From Acutalibacteraceae bacterium (GTDB lineage: Bacteria; Bacillota; Clostridia; Oscillospirales; Acutalibacteraceae): a stretch of 25,997 nt of DNA. Below the pieces are notes generated by a model. The model did not search any database and had not been told where the DNA came from. It saw nothing but the letters and a program-made list of their open reading frames with translations. Both the position numbers and the translations under genes were made by a program. Location: assembly GCA_045224775.1 (NCBI GenBank), contig JBGVAQ010000374.1, forward strand, positions 1 to 25,997, in the 5' to 3' direction. This document shows positions 1 to 9,128 of this stretch, one piece after another; position 1 is the stretch's first letter, and every line of letters starts with the position of its first letter.

Positions 1-607
1 ATACATTATTTGTAAATGTATCAATATCGCCCTCGATATTTACAAGTGTAGGCTCGCCTTCAAATGAAGGTATCGGGTTTCCGTCACACTTATATGTGTG
101 GATGAAATGTCCCTCGCCTGCAACCGGCTGTGCATACTCATAGAAGAAACGGAGTGCGGATTCCTCTCTGCCGCAGTTGCTTTTCAGTATGGAAAGCTTA
201 TATGAGAAATCGCCGTCTTTGAATTCCATTATACCTGAAATTCTCGGTGTGAAGTTCGGCGGATCAGGCTCAAAGGTTCTTGTTCTGAGTGCGTCCTCAA
301 AGGTCTTGCCCTCAAGCATGAAATCTCTTATTGTATCTGTCTGATCACCGTTTGTAACTATTGTTGCGTTTTCAAGTGTACGAACAGGAGCATAGATTAT
401 AAGTGAAGGATCAACAAGCTTTGAAGGATCGAAAGCCTGTGTTTTGAGGTCCTTTCCCTCTGCAACAAATACTCTGTTGCGGCTGTTTTCACTTCTGCCC
501 ATTATAAAATAGCCTGTTACTGCCTTTTTGCCGTCTGCACTTCTGCCGATGATGATTCCTCTGCCCGGATAGGTCGTTGAGGATATTTCTGCTGTAAGCT
601 CTGTCAT
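1..607 (-). CDS. purO: IMP cyclohydrolase, PurO-like (archaeal-type, Ntn-hydrolase fold); 3' end runs off the window
   Basis: Not in the ORF track, so translated by hand from ATG at 607 (RBS AAAGGA about 9 nt upstream): MTELTAEISSTTYPGRGIIIG...YFIMGRSENSRNRVF...DPSLIIY...IVTNGDQTDTI...FEPDPPNFTPRISG. The YPGRG, GRSxxSRNR, NGDQTD and EPDxPxxTPRI motifs are typical of the IMP cyclohydrolase-like family. It lies directly downstream of purN. Confidence 0.85.
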   Translation of the reverse strand, partial: MTELTAEISSTTYPGRGIIIGRSADGKKAVTGYFIMGRSENSRNRVFVAEGKDLKTQAFDPSKLVDPSLIIYAPVRTLENATIVTNGDQTDTIRDFMLEGKTFEDALRTRTFEPDPPNFTPRISGIMEFKDGDFSYKLSILKSNCGREESALRFFYEYAQPVAGEGHFIHTYKCDGNPIPSFEGEPTLVNIEGDIDTFTNNV

Positions 608-627
608 TTCATCATTTCCTTTCAATG

Positions 628-1254
628 TCAGTTTTTTATATATACTCTGTTATCTCTGACTTCAAGTCTGTCATCACAGAAAAGTGATACAGCCTGCGGA
701 AGTATTTTCCATTCAGCCTGTTCCATTATCCTTTTCTGGAGAGTTTCGGGTGTATCATTTTCCATAACTTCAACAGCCTTTTGAAGTATTATAGGCCCGC
801 CGTCACATTCTTCTGTAACAAAATGCACCGTTGCGCCCGATACCTTTACACCCTTTTTAAGTGCCTCTTCGTGTACTTTCAGACCATAGTATCCCTTGCC
901 GCAAAAGCTCGGTATGAGTGCCGGATGTACATTCATCATCCTGTTGGGATATGCTTTTACAACAAGCTCATCTATTATTGTCATAAAACCTGCATATACA
1001 ACAAGATCGGCTTTCTCCTCATTGAGAGCCTGCAAAAGTGCCTTGCTGTATTCTACAGCGTCGGGATATGCCTTTCTTTCAAGGACTCTTGATTTTATGC
1101 CGTGATTCTTTGCCCTTTCAAGAGCATATACTCCCGATTTTGATGATATCACGCATGTTATCCTGCCGTTTTTTATGATACCGCTTTCCTGAGCGTCTAT
1201 GAGTGCCTGGAGATTTGTTCCGCCGCCCGAAACAAGTACCGTGATATTTTTCAT
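628..1254 (-). CDS. purN: Phosphoribosylglycinamide formyltransferase
   Basis: VLVSGGGTNLQAL N-terminus, NVHPALIPSF, GATVHFV and DGGPIILQ motifs; pur operon context. Confidence 0.97.
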   Translation of the reverse strand: MKNITVLVSGGGTNLQALIDAQESGIIKNGRITCVISSKSGVYALERAKNHGIKSRVLERKAYPDAVEYSKALLQALNEEKADLVVYAGFMTIIDELVVKAYPNRMMNVHPALIPSFCGKGYYGLKVHEEALKKGVKVSGATVHFVTEECDGGPIILQKAVEVMENDTPETLQKRIMEQAEWKILPQAVSLFCDDRLEVRDNRVYIKN

Positions 1255-1276
1255 TGAGTATTCTCCTTTGTCACTC

Positions 1277-2314
1277 TCAGTATTCGATTATAACGCCCTC
1301 GCTGCTCTCAACAAGCTCACCGAGTACATAAGCTTCTTCGCCTGCTGCTTTGAGTACTTCGATAGCCTTATCAACATCAGCCTTATCTACAACTACTGTC
1401 ATTCCGACACCCATATTGAATGTGTTGAACATATCTCTTTCAGGAATATTTCCTGTCTTTGCGATAAGGTCGAATATCGGAAGAACCTGTACATCACTGC
1501 GCTTTATCTTTGCAGAAAGTCCGTCGGGAAGTGAACGCGGGATATTCTCATAGAATCCGCCGCCTGTGATATGGGAGATTGATTTTACCTTTACGCTTTC
1601 GATAAGCTTCATTACAGCCTTTACATATATTCTTGTAGGTGTGAGAAGTGACTCGCCGAGAGTTGTTCCAAGCTCATCATAGTACTGCTTTACAGTGTTT
1701 TCATCTATACCGAACACCTTGCGTACAAGTGAGAATCCGTTTGAATGTACACCGCTCGACTTTATGGCAAGCATTACATCTCCGGCTTTCTGAGTTTCCG
1801 GCTTGAGTATCTTATCCTTGTCAACAACACCTACTGCAAAACCTGCAAGGTCGTATTCATCTTCAGGCATAAGTCCGGGATGCTCGGCTGTTTCGCCGCC
1901 GATAAGTGCACATTCACTCTGTACACAGCCCTCTGCAACACCTGAAACTATCTTTGCCACCTTTTCGGGATAATTCTTTCCGATAGCGATATAATCAAGG
2001 AAGAACTGGGGCTTTGCACCACAGCAGATTATATCGTTAACGCACATTGCAACACAGTCGATACCTACTGTATCGTGCTTGTCAAGAAGGAATGCAAGCT
2101 TTATTTTTGTTCCTACACCGTCAGTTCCCGAAACCAGTACCGGCTTGTTTATACCTGTTGTATCTATCTCGAAAAGACCGCCGAAACCGCCTATTCCCGA
2201 AAGAACACCCTTTGTCATTGTCCTTGCGACATACTCCTTCATAAGCTCGACTGATTTATAGCCTGCGGTAACGTCAACGCCTGCCGCCTTATAGCTGTCA
2301 CTGTAGCTTTTCAT
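1277..2314 (-). CDS. purM: Phosphoribosylformylglycinamidine cyclo-ligase (AIR synthetase)
   Basis: [51 protein letters not shown] and TFNMGVGM motifs; RBS GGAGG. Confidence 0.98.
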   Translation of the reverse strand: MKSYSDSYKAAGVDVTAGYKSVELMKEYVARTMTKGVLSGIGGFGGLFEIDTTGINKPVLVSGTDGVGTKIKLAFLLDKHDTVGIDCVAMCVNDIICCGAKPQFFLDYIAIGKNYPEKVAKIVSGVAEGCVQSECALIGGETAEHPGLMPEDEYDLAGFAVGVVDKDKILKPETQKAGDVMLAIKSSGVHSNGFSLVRKVFGIDENTVKQYYDELGTTLGESLLTPTRIYVKAVMKLIESVKVKSISHITGGGFYENIPRSLPDGLSAKIKRSDVQVLPIFDLIAKTGNIPERDMFNTFNMGVGMTVVVDKADVDKAIEVLKAAGEEAYVLGELVESSEGVIIEY

Positions 2315-2348
2315 ATTTATCCTCCAAATTTTTATTTTTGCCTGTGAT

Positions 2349-3764
2349 TTATTCTTCTATTTTCTTCGAGTATTTATCTTCTCTTGTGGTATTGATAATT
2401 TCAAGAGGATAATTACCCGTAAAACATGCATCGCAGAAAGATATATTGCTGCCGCTGACTATCTCCTTCATACTTTCAAGAGAAAGAAATTCCAGTGAAT
2501 CCGCTCCCATATATTCACGCATCTGTTCGACACTCATATTTGAAGCAATAAGGTCATTCTTCTGTGTTGTATCGGTATTGAGATAGCAAGGACTTATGAA
2601 AGGCGGTGAAGCTACTCTCATATGCACTTCCTTAGCTCCTGCATTTCTCAGAAGCTCTACTATATGTTTGCTTGTCTTGCCTTTCAGTACAGAGTCATCT
2701 ATGACAATAACCCTTTTGCCGTCAACATTGCTTTTCAGCGCATTGAGCTTTATACGCATAAGGTATTCGTTGGTTTTCTTCCTGTCGTTAAATGCTCTGC
2801 CTATATATTTATTTTTGATTATGCCCGGTGCATAAGGTATGCCGGACTCCATTGAATAGCCTATTGCAGATTCTATGCCGCAGTCGGGTACTCCGCAGAC
2901 TATATCCGCATCAACAGGACAACTCTTTGCAAGCGCTCTGCCTGCCTGCTGTCTTGCGAAGTTTACGGACACACCGTCAACAACGCTGTCGGGACGTGAA
3001 AAATAAACGTACTCGAACAGGCAAAGTGCAGACTTTCCGCCGCAGTTCTTGTCATAGCTGTGAATACCGTCTTTGTCTATGACTATCATCTCTCCGGGAC
3101 GTACATCTCTTATAAATTCTCCGCCCATGCTGTCGAAAACACAGGATTCAGATGCTATTGCATAGCTTTTACCGACTTTTCCAAGGCAAAGAGGACGTAT
3201 GCCCATAGGATCACGCACTCCGATAAGCTTATTCGGCGCCATAAGAACAACCGAATATGCACCTTTCATACGGCTTACAGCATTCTCAACGGCTTCTTCA
3301 ATAGAGGACGCTTTTATTCTTGCCCTTGCGACAAGATATGCAATTATCTCTGTATCGCCGTATGACTGGAATATAGCTGCGCCGTGCTGAAGGTCGGTTC
3401 TCAGCTCGTTGTAATTCGTCAGTGCGCCGTTCATACACAGTGCAAGCTGACCTTTTATATATCTCATAACAAGAGGTGCAAGGTTTTCATGATTAACATT
3501 TCCGCCGGCAGAATATTTTACATGTCCTATGGCTATCTGTCCGTTTCCGAGCCTTGAAAGCTCACTTTCGGGCAAAGCTTCCGGTATCATGCCGAAATCC
3601 TTATAATATGTGATATTGCCGTCATTGCTCACGGCTATACCTGCTCCTGCCTGTCCTCTGTGCTGGAGAGCATAAAGTGAAAGGTAGGTTTCCTCTACTA
3701 TATTGATTGAATCATCGGCTGCAAATATTCCGAAAACACCACATTCATCGTGTAACTCAGACAT
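2349..3764 (-). CDS. purF: Amidophosphoribosyltransferase-family protein with divergent active-site motifs
   Basis: Propeptide plus CGVFG, QHRGQ, RDPxGIRPL, [13 protein letters not shown], and the Fe-S cysteines (CLFE, SPCY, CDAC). Several invariant residues are substituted (see findings). Confidence 0.9.
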   Translation of the reverse strand: MSELHDECGVFGIFAADDSINIVEETYLSLYALQHRGQAGAGIAVSNDGNITYYKDFGMIPEALPESELSRLGNGQIAIGHVKYSAGGNVNHENLAPLVMRYIKGQLALCMNGALTNYNELRTDLQHGAAIFQSYGDTEIIAYLVARARIKASSIEEAVENAVSRMKGAYSVVLMAPNKLIGVRDPMGIRPLCLGKVGKSYAIASESCVFDSMGGEFIRDVRPGEMIVIDKDGIHSYDKNCGGKSALCLFEYVYFSRPDSVVDGVSVNFARQQAGRALAKSCPVDADIVCGVPDCGIESAIGYSMESGIPYAPGIIKNKYIGRAFNDRKKTNEYLMRIKLNALKSNVDGKRVIVIDDSVLKGKTSKHIVELLRNAGAKEVHMRVASPPFISPCYLNTDTTQKNDLIASNMSVEQMREYMGADSLEFLSLESMKEIVSGSNISFCDACFTGNYPLEIINTTREDKYSKKIEE

Positions 3765-3775
3765 AAATACACTCC

Positions 3776-4291
3776 TTACTTCCTGATAAGCTCTGCTACC
3801 TTTTCCTGAATCGCAGCATCTTTTTTCTCAACGCCGTTTTTCATAGCAATCTTTTCGTTTTCAAGCTTTTCTGCAAGAGAATCGTCTGAAAGTGCAAGCA
3901 TCTGAACAGCAAGTATTGCCGCATTATCTGCACCGTCTATTGCAACAGTCGCAACCGGTATTCCTTTGGGCATCTGTACTGTGGCAAGAAGTGCGTCAAG
4001 TCCGTCAAGAGTTGATGACTTTATCGGTATGCCAATTACAGGAATTGTTGTGTGAGCTGCAAGTACACCTGCAAGATGTGCTGCCTTGCCTGCTGCTGCT
4101 ATTATAACACCGAAGCTGTTCTTTCTTGCATTTGCAGAAAACTCTGCTGCTGCTTCGGGTGTTCTGTGCGCAGACATTACATGCACCTCAAACGGTACAC
4201 CATACTGGTCAAGTGTTTTAACAGCTCCCGATACTATTGGAAAATCGCTGTCGCTGCCCATGATTATCGCAACTTTTTTCTGTTCGGACAT
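3776..4291 (-). CDS. purE: N5-CAIR mutase / AIR carboxylase catalytic subunit
   Basis: [37 protein letters not shown] motifs; RBS AAAGGGGAG. Confidence 0.97.
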   Translation of the reverse strand: MSEQKKVAIIMGSDSDFPIVSGAVKTLDQYGVPFEVHVMSAHRTPEAAAEFSANARKNSFGVIIAAAGKAAHLAGVLAAHTTIPVIGIPIKSSTLDGLDALLATVQMPKGIPVATVAIDGADNAAILAVQMLALSDDSLAEKLENEKIAMKNGVEKKDAAIQEKVAELIRK

Positions 4292-4311
4292 AATTGAAAA
4301 CTCCCCTTTAA

Positions 4312-4376
4312 TTTTTTATTCCGGCGGCAAGCTGCCGCACTCATAGAGAACGCAGCCGTTCCGCAGAATACAAAAA
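4312..4376 (-). ncRNA. Candidate structured 5' leader (three-way junction) of the pur operon
   Basis: Minus strand: P1 UAUUCUG/CGGAAUA (extendable by U5/A5), P2 GAACG-GCUG-CGUUC, P3 GCGGCA-GCU-UGCCGC. It is a GC-rich island between the promoter and the purE RBS. Confidence 0.45.
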
Positions 4377-4390
4377 GTACTCCAAGTATT

Positions 4391-4419
4391 ATTTTATCTT
4401 ATATCGCTCAAAAAAGCAA
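4391..4419 (-). promoter_or_regulatory. Sigma-A-like promoter of the pur operon
   Basis: TTGCTT-17 bp-TAAAAT on the minus strand, just downstream of the clpC terminator. Confidence 0.65.
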
Positions 4420-4460
4420 GACAGAAATGACAATTATTCAAAGCATCATTGACAAAAGAG

Positions 4461-4500
4461 AAAAAAGAACAGGCACGATATTTTCATCATGTCTGTTCTT
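4461..4500 (-). terminator. Intrinsic terminator after clpC
   Basis: AAGAACAGACA...TGCCTGTTCTT stem (one wobble) followed by TTTTCTCTTTT on the minus strand, 11 nt after the clpC stop. Confidence 0.8.
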
Positions 4501-4511
4501 GTTATCACTTA

Positions 4512-6971
4512 TTATTCACTTGTTATGACAAAGCTGCCGTCCTTAAAGTCGCATTTCAGCTTTTCTCCTGCCTTTACAGTACCTTCAAGCATTTTCTCGG
4601 AAACAGCATCCTCTATCTTTGACTGTATCGCCCTTTTAAGCGGTCTTGCACCGTATACTTCATCAAAACCTGCATCTGCAACAGCCTTTACTGCTTCATC
4701 TGTAAATTCTGCTGTTATGCCGATATCTTCAAGACGCTTTCTGAGTATGTTAAGAAGATTTCCTGCTATCTTGCAGATATCATCTTTATTCAGTCTGTTG
4801 AATACGATTATATCATCAACACGGTTCAGAAATTCGGGCTTGAACACGTTTTTCAGCTCGGAAAGTACTTTTTCCTTTATCTGATCGTTCTTCGGCTTTT
4901 CGGTTTCTTCCCCGCCGAAAAATCCGAGATTTGTCTGATTTTCGGTTATGAGCCTTGCTCCTACGTTTGATGTCATTATTATGACTGTATTGCGGAAATT
5001 AACGTGTCTGCCCTGTGAATCGGTAAGTCTGCCGTCATCAAGTATCTGCAAAAGCATATTGAATACATCAGGATGTGCTTTTTCTATCTCGTCAAAGAGA
5101 AGTACCGAATACGGTTTGCGTCTTACACTCTCGGTAAGCTGACCGCCCTCGTCATAGCCGACATATCCCGGAGGTGAACCAATGAGCTTTGATACAGTGT
5201 GCTTTTCCATGTACTCCGACATGTCAAAGCGTATCATAGCATTCTCATCTCCGAACATAGCCTGTGCAAGTGCCTTGCAAAGCTCTGTTTTGCCTACGCC
5301 TGTAGGACCTGAGAATATGAATGAGCCTACCGGTCTGTTAGGATCTTTGAGTCCTACTCTGCCCCTTCTTATTGCCTTTGAAACAGCGGATACTGCTTCA
5401 TCCTGTCCGATTATTCTCTTATGAAGTATTTCTTCAAGCTTTAAAAGTCTTTCGCTTTCCTCCTGTGTGAGCTGTGATACCGGTATTCCTGTCCAGCTCG
5501 ATACTATACCGGCTATATCCTCACCCGTTACTTCATCATTCTTATGGCCGTTTTTCTCCTGCCATTCCGTCTTTTTGTTTTCAAGCTCCTCTCTGAGCTT
5601 TTTCTCCTCATCCCTGAGCTTTGCCGCACGTTCAAAATCCTGTGCGTTTACAGCCTCTGCCTTTTCCTTTTCAAGTGATTTCAGTGTGTTCTCTATCTCC
5701 TGAAGATCGTCAGGCGCTGTATATTTTCTCAGGCGTACTCTTGATGCCGCTTCATCCACAAGGTCGATAGCCTTATCGGGTAAGAATCTGTCAGCGATAT
5801 ATCTTGACGAAAGCTTTACTGCTTCGTTTATAGCTTCATCGGTTATTTTTACCTTATGATGTGCCTCGTACCTGTCACGAAGTCCTTTGAGTATCAGTAC
5901 GGCTTCTTCCTCAGTGGGTTCGCCTACCGTTACCGGCTGGAAACGTCTTTCAAGTGCGGCATCCTTTTCTATATGCTTGCGGTACTCGTTTATTGTAGTT
6001 GCACCGATGACCTGAAAATCACCTCTTGCAAGTGACGGTTTAAGGATATTTGCTGTATCTGCCGAGCCTTCCGCCGAGCCTGCACCGATTATTGTATGAA
6101 GCTCGTCTATGAAAAGGATTATATTTCCTGCCTTCTTCACTTCATTTATTGCATTGCTTATCCTGTCCTCAAAGTCACCTCTGTACTTTGTGCCGGCTAT
6201 CATGCTTGTAAGGTCGAGGGCAACTATTCGCTTATCCTTGAGCGGTTCGGGTACATCTCCCGAAACTATCTTCAAGGCAAGACCTTCTGCAACAGCCGTT
6301 TTGCCGACACCCGGTTCACCGATAAGACACGGATTGTTTTTGGTTCTTCTTGAAAGTATCTGGATAACCCTTTCTATCTCGTTTTGTCTGCCGATAACGG
6401 GATCTATTCCGCCCTTTGCGGCTATAGCCGTAAGATCTCTGCCAAACTTGTCAAGCATTTTTGTATTTCCCGACTTTCCGTTTGCATCGGGTGAATGTGC
6501 GCCGCTGTCGGTATAGTCACTTTCGCTTTCAGGTGAGCCAAATGCTTCTCTGAGAAGTCTTATTATATCAGGTACTCTTACGCCCATTCTGCCAAGAAAA
6601 CGTACTGCATAACTGTCTGTATCGGATATGAGCGCTATGAGAAGATGTTCCGTACCGACATAGTTATGACCTAACTTTGCCGCCTGCATTACTGCAAGCT
6701 GTAAGGCATTCTTTGTCCTCGGAGTAAAGTCCTCCGGAGAAAGCCTTGTTTTATCGCCTGTGCCTATCTCCTGTCTTATGAGCTGTTCAAGCTTTTCAGC
6801 ATCTGCGCCGCACTGTTCAAGAATGGTATATGCAGCTCCGTCACCGTTTTTAAGCAGACCAAGAAGTATATGCTCACTTCCGACATAGGTATGTCCGAGA
6901 TCCTGAGCTGATTCGATTGAAAGGTTTATGGCATTGTTTGCCTTTTCTGTAAATCCGTTGAATTTATACAT
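4512..6971 (-). CDS. clpC: ATP-dependent Clp protease ATP-binding subunit ClpC
   Basis: Two Clp_N repeats, Walker A motifs GEPGVGKT and GPTGVGKT, a UVR coiled coil and an LGF ClpP-docking loop. Start moved from 7001 to the ATG at 6971, behind the strong RBS GGAGGAGGAAAG. Confidence 0.97.
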   Translation of the reverse strand: MYKFNGFTEKANNAINLSIESAQDLGHTYVGSEHILLGLLKNGDGAAYTILEQCGADAEKLEQLIRQEIGTGDKTRLSPEDFTPRTKNALQLAVMQAAKLGHNYVGTEHLLIALISDTDSYAVRFLGRMGVRVPDIIRLLREAFGSPESESDYTDSGAHSPDANGKSGNTKMLDKFGRDLTAIAAKGGIDPVIGRQNEIERVIQILSRRTKNNPCLIGEPGVGKTAVAEGLALKIVSGDVPEPLKDKRIVALDLTSMIAGTKYRGDFEDRISNAINEVKKAGNIILFIDELHTIIGAGSAEGSADTANILKPSLARGDFQVIGATTINEYRKHIEKDAALERRFQPVTVGEPTEEEAVLILKGLRDRYEAHHKVKITDEAINEAVKLSSRYIADRFLPDKAIDLVDEAASRVRLRKYTAPDDLQEIENTLKSLEKEKAEAVNAQDFERAAKLRDEEKKLREELENKKTEWQEKNGHKNDEVTGEDIAGIVSSWTGIPVSQLTQEESERLLKLEEILHKRIIGQDEAVSAVSKAIRRGRVGLKDPNRPVGSFIFSGPTGVGKTELCKALAQAMFGDENAMIRFDMSEYMEKHTVSKLIGSPPGYVGYDEGGQLTESVRRKPYSVLLFDEIEKAHPDVFNMLLQILDDGRLTDSQGRHVNFRNTVIIMTSNVGARLITENQTNLGFFGGEETEKPKNDQIKEKVLSELKNVFKPEFLNRVDDIIVFNRLNKDDICKIAGNLLNILRKRLEDIGITAEFTDEAVKAVADAGFDEVYGARPLKRAIQSKIEDAVSEKMLEGTVKAGEKLKCDFKDGSFVITSE

Positions 6972-6998
6972 AGTTCTTTCCTCCTCCGAAGTATTATT

Positions 6999-7034
6999 CA
7001 CTACTCACTAACCACTACTCACTAACCACTACTC
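6999..7034. repeat. 14-bp tandem repeat (two alternating heptamers), about 2.5 copies, overlapping the mcsB stop
   Basis: CA-CTACTCACTAACCA-CTACTCACTAACCA-CTACTC; the minus strand reads GAGTAG TGGTTAG TGAGTAG TGGTTAG TGAGTAG TG. Confidence 0.9.
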
Positions 7035-8084
7035 CAGCCTGTGGCTTGCTGGAATTTTATGCTGTGATATTGCCGTCCTTACAAGCTCTGCTCTGATATG
7101 GTCACGTTCAACTGCTGTAAGCTTCTTTCCGACATTCTTCATCAGAGTTGCCGGCTGTATCTCGACTATAAGTCTGTTTATCGTGTCGAAATCTATATTG
7201 TCGAACAGTCCCATCTCAACTCCGAAACGTACATTCGATATGAGTTTCATACACTCATCATTACTTACAAGCCTTGCATAAAGAAGTATTCCGTATGAGC
7301 GGTATATCTTGTCAAGCACACTTATATTTTCTGAAAGTGCTTCCCTTGCGTTTCTTTCCTGAGTTACAAGCTGGAATGCTATATCACGGAGATTATTTAT
7401 TGCTTCTCTTTCGGATATGCCGAGAGTTACCTGATTTGAAAGCTGATATATTGCTCCGCTCGGTTCTGTGCCTTCTCCGTAAATACCCCTTATAACAAGT
7501 CCTAACTTTGAAAGCGATGAGCTTATCTTTCCCATTGCTCCGCTCTCTTTAAGTGCAGGCAAGTGCAGCATAAGTGATGCTCTCATGCCTGTACCGATAT
7601 TTGTCGGACACTGTGTAAGATAGCCCAGCTTGTCATTGAATGCAAAGTCAAGCTGTTCATCAAGCAGCGTATCTATCTTGTCTGCAAGATCGTATGTTTC
7701 GTCAAGCTTCATTCCCTGACCTATTACCTGTATCCTTACATGATCTTCCTCGTTTATCATTATGCTGACTGATTCATCATCAAGAAGAAGAAGTCCTCTG
7801 CCCTGTCTGTCGGAGATAAATTCGGGACTTACAAGGTGACGTTCAACAAGTGATACAGCCTCCTCCTGTGTAAGCTCTGACATCTGTATATAGCTGAACC
7901 TGTCAGATATTGCTGAATGACCGTCAAGTACGGCAGCCTTTACGATATTTGCTACCCGCCTTTTCTTGTCATCATTTAGTCTGCACGGGAAAGGAAACTC
8001 ACGCAGATTCCTTGCAAACCTTATTCTTGTGCTTATAACAACATCACCGACGTTTTTGAGATCTGTGTATTTATTCTTAGGCAT
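7029..8084 (-). CDS. mcsB: Protein-arginine kinase McsB
   Basis: STRIRFARN, NEEDH, GYLTQCPTNIGTGMRAS, RGIYGEG and YQLSNQVTLG motifs. Start placed at ATG 8084 behind RBS GAAAGGAG. Confidence 0.96.
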   Translation of the reverse strand: MPKNKYTDLKNVGDVVISTRIRFARNLREFPFPCRLNDDKKRRVANIVKAAVLDGHSAISDRFSYIQMSELTQEEAVSLVERHLVSPEFISDRQGRGLLLLDDESVSIMINEEDHVRIQVIGQGMKLDETYDLADKIDTLLDEQLDFAFNDKLGYLTQCPTNIGTGMRASLMLHLPALKESGAMGKISSSLSKLGLVIRGIYGEGTEPSGAIYQLSNQVTLGISEREAINNLRDIAFQLVTQERNAREALSENISVLDKIYRSYGILLYARLVSNDECMKLISNVRFGVEMGLFDNIDFDTINRLIVEIQPATLMKNVGKKLTAVERDHIRAELVRTAISQHKIPASHRLE

Positions 8085-8098
8085 ATCTGTCACTCCTT

Positions 8099-8608
8099 TC
8101 ACTGTGCATAGCTGTCGCTGTCGTTAAACTTTTCGAGTTCCTTTATCCTGTCACGAAGTTCCGCAGCCTTTTCAAATTCCTGATCCTTTATTGCCTTTTC
8201 AAGCTCGGCACGATATTTTGCTATCTCGTTACGTACCTTTACTTCTGTGCCTGCCGAATGAGCAAGCTTTCCTGTATGGGCTGTTCTGCCGTGTATTCTC
8301 TGTATTGACGGGAGAAGCTCCTCATAGAATACATCATAACATTCAGCACAGCCTACCTTGCCTGTCTTTGCTATATCCTCGAAGCTGCTGCCGCAGCACT
8401 CACAGCGTTTTCTTGACTTTGATGCTCCGAAGCCGTCCATAAAGCTTCCGAAAAACTTATCAAAGTCAAATGCAGGTGCACCAAAGAATGACGCATAGCC
8501 GTGTTTCTGAGCACATTCACTGCAAAGATTGTATTCCTTCAACTCTCCGTTAAGGATAGTTTTGATATGGGTTGTTGCCTGTCTTTTCTCACATGCCTGA
8601 CATAACAT
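8099..8608 (-). CDS. mcsA: Protein-arginine kinase activator McsA
   Basis: Four CxxC pairs (CQAC, CSEC, CECC, CAEC) and a C-terminal UVR domain (EFEKAAELRDRI); RBS GGGAGG. Confidence 0.95.
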   Translation of the reverse strand: MLCQACEKRQATTHIKTILNGELKEYNLCSECAQKHGYASFFGAPAFDFDKFFGSFMDGFGASKSRKRCECCGSSFEDIAKTGKVGCAECYDVFYEELLPSIQRIHGRTAHTGKLAHSAGTEVKVRNEIAKYRAELEKAIKDQEFEKAAELRDRIKELEKFNDSDSYAQ

Positions 8609-8649
8609 AATATTACCTCCCTGTGCGGAAATACCGCTGTTAATTTGTT

Positions 8650-9111
8650 TTAATTTTCAAGTATAACAAGTGTGATAAGCATATTTTTCATTATTGCAGC
8701 TCTGAGTATATCACGGCTTTCCTGAGATATACTGCTGTATGCCTTATCCGAAAGTGCGGATGATATCAGTATCCTTTCATATTCGGATATCATATCCCTG
8801 TCGGACATATTGGAAAGTATCGCTGCTGCTGATGCAGACGATATCCTGCTGCCTATTGAGTTTACGATGTGCATTATCGCAACTCGTCTGTCAGTCGTTA
8901 CTCTTGTTATTCTTATATATCCTCCGCCTCCACGTCTGCTCTCTACAATATACCCCTGTTCAGGCGTGAAACGTGACGTAATAACGTAGTTGATCTGGCT
9001 CGGCACACAGCCTAATGTATTTGCAAGCTCATTTCTTTGTATCTCCGCATTTCCGTCCGTTTCATCCAACATTCGCATGATGTACTGAGCTACTATATCA
9101 CTCATTTTCAT
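8650..9111 (-). CDS. ctsR: Class III heat-shock repressor CtsR
   Basis: VPSQINYVITSRF and YIVESRRGGGGYIRI (glycine-rich thermosensor loop). Start is uncertain among ATG 9105, 9111 and 9117; 9111 is best spaced from AGGAAG. Confidence 0.95.
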   Translation of the reverse strand: MKMSDIVAQYIMRMLDETDGNAEIQRNELANTLGCVPSQINYVITSRFTPEQGYIVESRRGGGGYIRITRVTTDRRVAIMHIVNSIGSRISSASAAAILSNMSDRDMISEYERILISSALSDKAYSSISQESRDILRAAIMKNMLITLVILEN

Positions 9112-9128
9112 ATTCATCACTTCCTGTC

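Noticed and set aside
2349-3764. purF considered as a pseudogene
   Set aside because: It is full length with no frameshift or stop, and it keeps the nucleophile Cys and all Fe-S cysteines.
4312-4390. purE leader considered as a known guanine, ZTP or PRPP riboswitch, or as a terminator
   Set aside because: The diagnostic nucleotides of those classes are absent and no U-tract follows the hairpins on the coding strand. It is kept only as a novel candidate.
6972-7001. ORF-track N-terminal extensions of clpC, and likewise mcsB (8102), ctsR (9120), mecA (14922) and the SGNH genes (20881, 21780)
   Set aside because: Downstream starts have better-placed Shine-Dalgarno sequences and match family N-termini.
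8625-8637. Small GCGG-AAATA-CCGC hairpin between ctsR and mcsA
   Set aside because: It is a 4-bp stem with no U-tract, too weak to call a terminator or processing site.
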